From contig CAWBHU010000005.1 in assembly GCA_963788805.1 (NCBI GenBank), positions 62,612 to 126,611 on the forward strand: a DNA stretch of 64,000 nt. Direction: 5' to 3'. This document shows, one piece after another, positions 37,928 to 46,870 of the stretch. Origin of the DNA: an uncultured Alphaproteobacteria bacterium. GTDB lineage: Bacteria; Pseudomonadota; Alphaproteobacteria; Rhizobiales; Xanthobacteraceae. The position numbers and the translations under genes were made by a program. The stretch's first letter is position 1, and every line of letters starts with the position of its first letter. A model generated the notes under the pieces. It worked only from the letters and a program-made list of their open reading frames with translations. It searched no databases and was not told the DNA's origin.

Positions 37928-38009
37928 CCTGGGCGTAACGACCGGTCGGATGTCGCCGGGAGCTGCGCTGCACGGCATGAACAGCGCCGCCGCCCGAAGC
38001 CAGGCGGCG

Positions 38010-39333
38010 CTAGTCGTTCACCAGCTCATAGATGACGCCGCCGTAGGAACCGCCGAGGCTGCGTCGCACCGAACAGGTTGCCGGCGCCGTCCATCACCAC
38101 GCCGGCGTAAAGACTGTAACCGTCGGCGCAGCCGGGCTCGCGAGCAGAATTTGTGCAGCGTGCGCTGCGTATAGGTGCCCTTCGATTTGTTGAACACCAG
38201 CTTGTAGAGCACGCCGTGATCGTCGATGCCGCCCTCGTTGGCGGTGCCGTACAGATTGCCCTTGGCGTCCATGATCGGATTTGTATAGGGCGATCCGCCG
38301 TCGGTGCAGTCGTCCCCGCCTTTGCTGCAGAAATCATGGAGCACGCTGTAGCTCCACTTCGCCTTCGCTCCGGCCGGCCGCCGGCGGCGTCAGCTTGAAA
38401 ACCACGCCGCCATCCTGTGCACCGCCCGTATCGGCGGTGCCGATCAGGCTGCCGTCCTCGAGCATGACCATCGGCAGGTTGCCGTTATACGGATAGGCGC
38501 CCTCGGTGCAGTCGCCGCCTTCATTGCAGAAGTTATGCAGCGTCCGAAAGGCGTAAGTGCCTTTCGACTTGTTGAAGGTCAGCTTGAATACGGTCCCTTT
38601 TCCCCGGGAGCCGTCCTGATTGCTCGAGCCGAACAGATTGCCGTTCTTGTCGAGCAGCAAGGTAAAGTATGGATAGGTGTGCTCGGCGAAGCTGTGCAGC
38701 GCCGTGAAGGTCCATCTCGTCTTTTTCTTGTTCGGCGCCAGCTTGAAGATGACGCCGGCCCCGTCCGTCGCGCCGTAATAGGTGACGCCGAACAGATTGC
38801 CGGCCTCGTCGATCGTCAGGGTCGTGCTCGGGTAGGCGCCGTCGGCGCAGTTGGCCTGCGCGCAAAACGAATACAGCACCTTGTAGGTGTAGGCCTTCGC
38901 CGCCCCGTCATAGAGCAGCGCGAAGACGACGCCCTTGGTGTTGGCGCCGCCTTCAGAGGTGGTGCCGAACACATTGCCCTCGCCGTCCACGATCAACCCG
39001 CTATAGGGGTGGCGGCCGTCCGCGCATCCCGGGGCCGGGCAGAAGTCGTAGAGCGCCTTGTAGGTATAGCCGCCCGCCTTGTCCGGCTTGAGGACGAACA
39101 CGACGCCCGCGTCGTTGGCGCCGCCCTCGTACGTCGTCCCGAACAGCCGGCCCTTGCCGTCCAGCACCACATCGTTGGGGTAAGCGCCGTCGCGACAGGT
39201 CATCATGTCCTGGCAGAAATCGTGGATCACTTTGTAGGTGCGGGCCTGCGCGCCCTGCGGCGCCGCCGCCACAAGAAGCGCGCGCGATCGCCAGCACGCC
39301 GCGCAAAATCCTGATTGCCCAATGCATGGTCAT
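38010..39333 (-). CDS. Secreted GloVer (Gloeo_Verruco) repeat beta-propeller protein, copy A (frameshifts)
   Basis: Repeats of the form LxxDxxGNLFGTTxxGGAxxxGVVFxL...YxxLxxFCxxxxCxDGxxP; signal peptide. Confidence 0.85.
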
Positions 39334-39383
39334 CTCCGTTGGCCTTGTTGGCTTGCGGAAGGTAGTGGGCCCGATCGCTGGTG

Positions 39384-39417
39384 CTGAACAGCCGGCGCGC
39401 GGCTAACGGTTCGTTAG
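39384..39417 (-). promoter_or_regulatory. 34-bp conserved upstream element, copy 2
   Basis: Identical to 37894-37927. Confidence 0.6.
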
Positions 39418-39499
39418 CCTGGGCGTAACGACCGGTCGGATGTCGCCGGGACGCGTGCTGCACGGCATGAACAGCGCCGACGCCCGAAGCCAGACGGCG

Positions 39500-40827
39500 C
39501 TAGTCGTTCACCAGCTGATAGACGACGCCGCCGTAGGATCCGCCGAAGCTGCGTCACACCGAACAGGTTGCCGGCGCCGTCCATCACCACGCCGGCGTAA
39601 AGATTGTAACCGTCGGTGCAGCCGGGCTCGGTGCAGAATTTGTGCAGCGTGCGCTACCGCATAGGTGCCCTTCGATTTGTTGAACACCAGCTGGTAGAGC
39701 ACGCCGTGATCGTCGATGCCGCCCTGGTTGGCGGTGCCGTACAGATTGCCCTTTGCGTCCATGATCGGATTTGTATAGGGCGATACGCCGTCGGTGCAGT
39801 CGGCCCCGCCTTTGCTGCAGAAATCATGGAGCACGCTGTAGCTCCACTTCGCCTTCGCGCCGGCCGCGCCGGCCGGCGGCGTCAGCTTGAAAACCACGCC
39901 GCTATCCTGTGCGCCGCCCGTCTCGGCGGTGCCGATCAGGCTGCCGTCCTCGAGCATGACCAGCGGCACGTTGCCGGCATACGGATAGGCGCCCTCGCTG
40001 CAGTCGCCGCCTTCAGTGCAGAAGTTATGAAGCGTCCGGAAGGCGTAAGTGCCTTTCGACTTGTTGAAGGCCAGCTTGAACACGGTCCCTCTTCCCCGTG
40101 AGCCGTCCTGATTGCTCGAGCCGTACAGATTGCCGCTCTTGTCGAGCAGCAAGGTCAGGTATGGATAGGTGTGCTCGGCGAAGCTGTGCAGCGCCGTGAA
40201 GGTCCACCTCGTCTTTTTCTTGTTCGGCGCCAGCTTGAAGATGACGCCGGCCCCGTCCGTCGCGCCGTAATAGGTGACGCCGAACAGGTTGCCGGCCTCG
40301 TCGATCGTCAGGGTCGTGCTCGGGTAGGCGCCGTCGGCGCAGTTGGCCTGCGCGCAAAACGAATACAGCACCTTGTAGGTGTAGGCCTTCGCCGCCCCGT
40401 CATAGAGCAGCGCGAAGACGACGCCCTTGTTGTTGGCGCCGCCGTCATAGGTCGTGCCGAACACATTGCCCTCGCCGTCCACGATCAATCCGCCATAGGG
40501 GTGGCGGCCGTCCGCGCATCCCGTGGCCGGGCAGAAGTCGTAGAGCGCCTTGTAGGTATAGCCGCCCTCCTTGTTGGGCTTGAGCACGAACACGACGCCC
40601 TTGTCGTTGGCGCCGCCCTGGTACGTCGTCCCGAACAGCCGGCCCTTGCCGTCCAGCATCACATCGTTCGGGTAAACGCCGTCGCGACAGGTCGGCGCGT
40701 CCTGGCAGAAATCGTGGATCACCTTGTAGGTGCGGGCCTGCGCGCCCTGCGGCGCCGCCGCCACCACAACAAGCGCGGCGATCGCCAGCACGCCGCGCAA
40801 AATCCTGATTGCCCAATGCATGGTCAT
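39500..40827 (-). CDS. Secreted GloVer repeat beta-propeller protein, copy B (frameshift near 39655)
   Basis: Same repeat architecture as copy A; ends ...GGVVYQLVND*. Confidence 0.88.
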
Positions 40828-40874
40828 CTCCGTTGCCTTGTTGGCTGCGGAGTTATTGGCCCCGGTCGCTGTTG

Positions 40875-40908
40875 CTGAACAGCCGGCGCGCGGCTAACGG
40901 TTCGTTAG
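40875..40908 (-). promoter_or_regulatory. 34-bp conserved upstream element, copy 3
   Basis: Identical core; similarity stops immediately beyond it. Confidence 0.6.
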
Positions 40909-41044
40909 GCTGCGTGCAACGATCGCAGATCCGGCTGAGCTTGCGGCGTTACCCGGCGGCGGATGTCGTGGAACTCTGAGTTTTCTTGCAACGCGAAACC
41001 GAAACGCCGATGCTGTCGGCAGGACGATCGCAGGACGCAAAGCG

Positions 41045-41959
41045 GTGGAATTGCACCAAGTCCGCTATTTTCTCAAAGCGTGCGAGACATTGAACTTCAC
41101 GCGCGCCGCCGAGCAATGCGGAGTGAGCGTGCCCTCGCTGAGCCGCGCCATCCACACGCTCGAGGAGGAACTCGGAGGCCAGCTATTTCGGCGCGAGCGG
41201 CATCTGACGCACCTGACCGACCTCGGCCGGCTCATGCAAATGCACCTGTCGACGATCGACAAAGCCGCCGACGCGGCCAAACGCGATGCCCAGGACTATT
41301 CGCAGCTGTCCGGCTCCCGCCTCAAGCTCGGCATCTTCGCGTCCATCGGAGCCGATGTGTTGACGGGTTACCTGGCAACGCTGCAGTCCGAAGCGCCAGA
41401 ATTGGAGCTGCACATCTGGGAGGCCAATTGCGAAGAGCTCGAAGGAGCTCTGCTTGGCGGCGAGATCGACATCGCGCTGACCAGCGCCACCGACCTCGAT
41501 GAGCGCATTCGTTTGATGCCGTTGTTTCGCGAGGCATTTTATATCTCTTTCGCGCCTGGGCATCGTTTCAGCCGGTTGAACGCAGTGCCGATGCACGAAC
41601 TACAAGGCGAGAACTACGTCAAACGCCTGCACTGCGAATTTCCGGCGAACTTGACGCGACAGGGTGACTGCAAGCCGTACGAGGCCGTCAACGTACGTTA
41701 TGTCGGCGAGCGGGAGGACTGGATCCAGGCACTTGTCAGGGCCGGGCTTGGCTGCGCCGTGATGCCGGAGCACTCGCCGCTGTTGCCGGGCATTGAGACG
41801 CGCAAGCTGGTCGACCCCGAAGTTTACCGGGAAATCAGCCTGGCGACCGTAGCCGGGCGGCCGCACACCCCTCCGGTGGCTGCAGCGGTGCGGGCGGCCC
41901 GGCGCTATCAGTGGCCTACCGAAGCGGCGGGCGAAAATGCCGGAGGCGCGGGCGGCTGA
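41045..41959 (+). CDS. LysR-family transcriptional regulator
   Basis: MELHQVRYF...NFTRAAEQCGVSVPSLSRAIHTLEEELGGQLFRR. Confidence 0.93.
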   Translation: MELHQVRYFLKACETLNFTRAAEQCGVSVPSLSRAIHTLEEELGGQLFRRERHLTHLTDLGRLMQMHLSTIDKAADAAKRDAQDYSQLSGSRLKLGIFASIGADVLTGYLATLQSEAPELELHIWEANCEELEGALLGGEIDIALTSATDLDERIRLMPLFREAFYISFAPGHRFSRLNAVPMHELQGENYVKRLHCEFPANLTRQGDCKPYEAVNVRYVGEREDWIQALVRAGLGCAVMPEHSPLLPGIETRKLVDPEVYREISLATVAGRPHTPPVAAAVRAARRYQWPTEAAGENAGGAGG

Positions 41960-41972
41960 GCGCCCGTCGTGT

Positions 41973-41987
41973 TTAACCGCCGGTTAA
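41973..41987. promoter_or_regulatory. CtrA binding site
   Basis: TTAA-CCGCCGG-TTAA, an exact TTAA-N7-TTAA, 35 nt upstream of the next ATG. Confidence 0.7.
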
Positions 41988-42022
41988 TAGAATGCGGGCA
42001 CTTAGACCTACCATCCGGGGGG

Positions 42023-42391
42023 ATGATCCGGAGAATGCCCGTGCATCAGCTTAACGAAGAAGCCTGTCCCGTTTCCGAAACTCTGTTCGGCGAGCTTTAC
42101 CGCGCCCATCCGGACGGGCTCGCGGCGCTGATCGAAACCGTCCCAGCGGCGGTGCGGGCCGTGCTGGCCGACTACTGCTATCGGCGGTCGCACCTGGCGT
42201 CGCTGGGCCTCGCCATCGCGACCAGTTGCGAGCGCGATGACCTCGTCGCTGCGGGAAGCAACGGTGCCGCACTCTATGAGCGCTCGCGCACGCCGGACGA
42301 GTCGCCGCCTTTGAGCCACTATGAAAGGCGGCGCAAGATCACGCTGCCCACCAGCGCAACGATGAAGCTGATCGCCCAGGACCTGATCTAG
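42023..42391 (+). CDS. Small hypothetical protein
   Basis: CPVSETLFGELYRA...LADYCYRRSHLASLGLAIA; resembles a Bradyrhizobiaceae uncharacterised family (recollection). Confidence 0.65.
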   Translation: MIRRMPVHQLNEEACPVSETLFGELYRAHPDGLAALIETVPAAVRAVLADYCYRRSHLASLGLAIATSCERDDLVAAGSNGAALYERSRTPDESPPLSHYERRRKITLPTSATMKLIAQDLI

Positions 42392-42493
42392 CGGGCGGAG
42401 CCTATACGCCTGTGTTTAACGGCTGACATTGTCCTTGACGGCGGCAACGGCGCTGACATTGCCTAGTCGGACCTACGCCTTTTCCGATTCGCA

Positions 42494-42896
42494 ATGCTTT
42501 TGGTCCGCACTTACCTCGACAAGTCCTCGATCCACGGCCTTGGTGTGTTCGCCGATCAGGTGATCCGCAAAGGCCACGCGGATTTGGACCTTCGTCGAAG
42601 GCTTCGACCGCGCCTGGTCGCCCAAGCAATTCGCCAAGCTGCCGAAGCCGGCGCGCGAATACATCCAGCGTCACGGCTACCGGGTGGACGGCGAGATCCT
42701 GCTGACGGTGGACCATGACCACCACATCAACCATTCGCCCAACGCGAATACCTGCTGGCGGTCGGGCTTCATGGTCGCCAAGCGCGACATCTTCAAGGGC
42801 GAAGAGATCACCAACGACTACCGCATCATGGATGCGGCGCTCTGCGCAGCCTTCCTGAAGAAGGCGAACGGCGTCCGGGTGCGGCGCTCGTACTAA
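42494..42896 (+). CDS. SET-domain protein (frameshift near 42580)
   Basis: SSIHGLGVFA, INHSPNAN, AKRDIFKGEEITNDY. Confidence 0.88.
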
Positions 42897-42899
42897 GCG

Positions 42900-44114
42900 T
42901 TACGAATAGCGCTTCGCCGCCAGCACCGCATTGAGCCCGCCGAACGCGAACGAGTTCGACAGCGCGGCATCGATCTTCATCTCGCGCGCTTCGTTCGGCA
43001 CATAATCAAGATCGCACTCCGGATCGGGCCCGAGATAATTGATGGTCGGCGTGATGACTCCTTCGCGCAGGCTCATGACGGTCGCGACCATTTCGAGCGC
43101 GCCGGCGGCACCGAGCGCATGGCCGATCATCGATTTGGTGGCCGAGATCGACAGCTTCTTCGCGTGCCCGCCGAACACCGCCTTGATCGCCTGGGTTTCG
43201 GTGCGGTCATTGGCGGTGGTGCCGGTGCCGTGCGCGTTGATGTAGTGGACATCGAGGGGTTAAGCGAAGCGTCGGAAAGCGCCGCCTTGAGCGCGCGGCC
43301 CATGCCGCCCGCGTCCGGGGCCGTAATGTCCTTGGCGTCGGCGCTCATGCCGAAGCCGGCGATCTCGCCCAGGATTTCTGCGCCGCGTTTCCGTGCGGCT
43401 TCTTCGGTTTCGAGCACCAGCACTGCGGCGCCCTCGCCGATGATCATGCCTTTTCGGTCCCTGGAGAACGGCCGCACCTTGTCGGGCGCCATAACGCGCA
43501 TCGCTTCCCAGCATTTGATCGAGCCGTAGGTCAGAGCAAGCCTCAGCGCCGCCGACCACCGCCGCCTCGCGAGAGGCCGCTGCGCACGAACTGGTAGCCG
43601 AGCCCGATTGCATGCGTCGCCGACGCACATGCACTGGCCACCACGAAGGCTGGACCGCGCAAGCCGCAATGCATCGAAATCTGGCTGGCCGGCGCATTCA
43701 CCATCAGCTTCGGAATGTTGAGCGGAAACACTCGCGGGTTCTTGTCGCCATAGAGCCGCCGGTAGCTGTCGTCGATCGTGGTCTGGCCGCCGACGCCGGT
43801 GCCGATAATGGTCGCCGTTCTGTCGGCGAGTTCGCCCTCAAATGACTGGCCGCTCTGCTTGATGGCTTCGCGTGCCGCCACCACCGCTAATCTGCGACAC
43901 GCGGTCGAGGGTGTTGAGTTGGCGGTCGTCGAAATGCTTGAGCGGGTCGAATCCTTTGACCTCGCCCAGCACTTTTTGATTGAGCGTCTCGCGCTGGAAT
44001 TGTTCGATCGGCCGGATGCCATCGGTGCCGGCTTTGAGCCCGGCCCAATATGACGGGACGTCGTAGGCCGAGCGGCGTGACCGCGCCCAGGCCGGTAATG
44101 ACAACGCGATTCAC
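42900..44114 (-). CDS. Beta-ketoacyl-ACP synthase (FabF/NodE-like; several frameshifts)
   Basis: [59 protein letters not shown]. Confidence 0.88.
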
Positions 44115-44374
44115 GCCGGCTGCGCTTTCTTGTCGATGATTTTCTGCACGGCGGCGACCACGTCGCTCACCTTCTCGAAGCCGCCGATCTGCGCGTCATT
44201 GGCATTCACCGGAATCTCGATCTCGAACTTCTCTTCGAGATCGAAAACGAGCTCGAGCGCGTCGAGCGATTCCAGACCGAGGTCGGCCAGGCGGTCGTCC
44301 ATCGTGATCTCCGAGCGATCGACCCGGATCTTCTTCTTGATGACGCTCATCACGTCGGTGGCAACGTCGCTCAT
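44111..44374 (-). CDS. Acyl carrier protein (NodF-like)
   Basis: LADLGLESLDALELVFDLEEKFEIEIPVNAN. Confidence 0.9.
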   Translation of the reverse strand: MSDVATDVMSVIKKKIRVDRSEITMDDRLADLGLESLDALELVFDLEEKFEIEIPVNANDAQIGGFEKVSDVVAAVQKIIDKKAQPA

Positions 44375-44387
44375 CCCCGGCCCTCGA

Positions 44388-45442
44388 TCATTTTTCCTTG
44401 GCAGCCTTCTCCAGCGCCTCGATGCGAGCTTCAGCGTCCTTGATCGCCTTGGTGAAGCGCTTGTTGCGCATCAGGAAGGCAAAGGCCTCGGCGTTGCGCT
44501 CGTGCGGCATCGCCGGGTAGCCGGACATCTTGCTGCCGGCCGCCACGTTGGTGGCAACTCCCGAGCCTGCCGCGATCATCGCCCCTGCCCCGATCTTGAC
44601 GTGGTCCCCGATACCGACGCCGCCCGCAATGAGAACGCCGTCGCCGATTTCCACGCTGCCCGAAATGCCCACCATGCCGCAAATCAAACAACCATTTCCG
44701 ATTGTTACGTTATGCGCGATCTGCACCTGATTATCGATCTTGGTGCCGTTGCCGATCCGCGTGGTGGTCAATGTGGCGCGGTCGATCGTGGTGGAAGCCC
44801 CGATTTCCACGTCGTTACCAATCACGATATCGCCGAGCGAGTGGACCCGCGACCGGCATGGGTGGGGAACTCCCCGGCACAGGCGGCAGGAAGCTGAAGC
44901 CGTCCGAACCAATCACAGCATTTGCCTGAATGATGACCCGCTCGCCGATCGAGACGCGGTCGCCGATCCGAACACCGGAATGGATCAGGCCGCGCGAGCC
45001 GATGGCGACGTCGGCACCGATCGTGACCTGAGGCAGAATTGCGGTGCCTGCGCCGATCCGGCTGCGCGCGCCGATCGTCACATAGGGCCCGATGCTGACG
45101 CCCTCGCCCAGCACGGCGTCCGGCGCGACAACAGCGGTCGGATGCACGCCGGCGGCATGCGATGGCCCGCTGTCGAACAGCGCGGTGAGCCGCGCCAGTG
45201 AACTGCGGTCGGCCGATGCGAGGATGGTCGCCTTCAGGCCGGCAGGCGGCGTGGACTTCGTCGGAGATGACCGCGACCTGCGCCTTTGAGCCGGCGAGTG
45301 CGGAGAAGGTCTCGCTCGTCATCGCGACGGCGAGATCGGACGGTTTCACCGCCGCCGCCGGATGCACGATCCGCTCGATCGGCAGCGAGCCGTCACCAAC
45401 AAGCTGCGCGGAAAGCGCGGCGGCTACATCGCGAACGAGCAT
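44388..45442 (-). CDS. lpxD: UDP-3-O-acylglucosamine N-acyltransferase LpxD-like (frameshifts)
   Basis: Hexapeptide repeats, [30 protein letters not shown]. Confidence 0.88.
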
Positions 45443-45616
45443 TTTTCGTCCGAAACCCTTCAGAGCGAACCGGTGTTGAGATTGGCGCCCTTATAGCATC
45501 GTTTGCCGCACGCGCCACAAGCAACCCGCGTATGGTGAACTCGCCCAGTGAGTTGAATTGGGCGTCGAAACTGTTACACCCTCGCCGCTGCCGAATTTAG
45601 CCGCGACCACATCGAC

Positions 45617-46870
45617 ATGAGCGCATACAAGTCCGATTTCCTGCAAGTTCTGGCGGACCGTGGATTCATCCACCAGGTTTCCGAGCCGGACGCGCTCGAC
45701 GAAAAGGCGAAGGCCGGCACGATCACCGGCTATATCGGCTTCGACTGCACCGCGCCCTCGCTGCATGTCGGCTCGCTGTTGCCGATCATGATGCTGTACT
45801 GGATGCAGCAGACCGGGCACCGGCCGATCGCGCTGATGGGCGGCGGCACGACGCGGGTCGGCGATCCGTCCGGCAAGGATGAGAGCCGCCGCATCCTCAC
45901 CGACGATGCGATCAACCAGAACCTCGCCGGCATCAAGCAGATCTTCTCGAAGTTCCTGAAGTTCGGCAGCGGGCCGAAAGACGCCGTGATGGCGAACAAC
46001 GCCGACTGGCTGAACACGCTCAACTACATCGACTTCCTGCGCGACGTCGGCCGGCACTTCTCGGTCAACCGCATGCTCTCCTTCGACTCGGTGAAGATGC
46101 GGCTCGAGCGCCAGCAGGAGCTGTCGTTCCTCGAATTCAACTACATGATCCTGCAGGCCTACGACTTCGTCGAGCTCAACAAGCGCACCGGATGCGTGCT
46201 GCAGATGGGCGGCTCCGATCAATGGGGCAACATCGTCAGCGGCATCGACCTCGGCCGGCGCATGATGAACGCGCAGCTGTTCGCGCTGACCTCGCCGCTG
46301 ATCACCACATCGTCCGGCGCCAAGATGGGCAAGACCGCCGCCGGCGCGGTGTGGCTCGATGCTTCGATGGTGAGCCCATACGAATACTGGCAGTACTGGC
46401 GCAACACCGAGGACGGCGACGTTTCGCGCTTCCTCAAGCTGTTCACCATTCTTCCGATGCAGGAGATCGCCCGGCTGGCGGCGCTCAAAGGCGCCGAACT
46501 CAACGAAGCGAAGAAAGTGCTGGCGACTGAAGCCACCGCCCTCGTCCATGGCAGGGAGGCGGCCGAGCAAGCCGCCGAGACCGCACGCCAGACTTTCGAG
46601 CAAGGCACGACCGCGGAAAATCTCCCGGCGGTCGAATTTCCGCGCGATCTTCTCGACAAGGGCTACGGCGTCTTGAGCGCCGCGGTGCGCGCCGGCCTCG
46701 TCTATTCGACCGGCGAAGCACGCCGGCAGATCCAGGGCGGCGGTCTGAAGGTCAATGACAAAGCGGTCAGCGACGAAAAGCTGATGCTCACATCAAGCGA
46801 CGTGACGCCCGAAGGCGTCATCAAGATGTCGCTCGGCAAAAAGAAGCACGTCCTGCTCAAGCCGCGCTGA
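45617..46870 (+). CDS. tyrS: Tyrosine--tRNA ligase
   Basis: [20 protein letters not shown]-terminal S4 domain. Confidence 0.97.
   Translation: MSAYKSDFLQVLADRGFIHQVSEPDALDEKAKAGTITGYIGFDCTAPSLHVGSLLPIMMLYWMQQTGHRPIALMGGGTTRVGDPSGKDESRRILTDDAINQNLAGIKQIFSKFLKFGSGPKDAVMANNADWLNTLNYIDFLRDVGRHFSVNRMLSFDSVKMRLERQQELSFLEFNYMILQAYDFVELNKRTGCVLQMGGSDQWGNIVSGIDLGRRMMNAQLFALTSPLITTSSGAKMGKTAAGAVWLDASMVSPYEYWQYWRNTEDGDVSRFLKLFTILPMQEIARLAALKGAELNEAKKVLATEATALVHGREAAEQAAETARQTFEQGTTAENLPAVEFPRDLLDKGYGVLSAAVRAGLVYSTGEARRQIQGGGLKVNDKAVSDEKLMLTSSDVTPEGVIKMSLGKKKHVLLKPR

Larger units (their letters stand above)
37894..40874. repeat. Tandem duplication, two units of about 1490 bp (37894-39383, 39384-40874)
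   Basis: Near-identical sequence at an offset of about 1490 nt, with scattered substitutions. Confidence 0.95.

Noticed and set aside
38010-40827. Diversity-generating retroelement template/variable repeat pair
   Set aside because: No reverse transcriptase; differences span the whole gene and are not restricted to adenines of one copy.
37894-40908. Integron attC-like cassette array (GGCTAAC...GTTAGCC/GTTAGGC between genes)
   Set aside because: The AAC and GTT cores are only about 5 nt apart, whereas attC sites are 57 nt or longer with L boxes; no integrase in the window.
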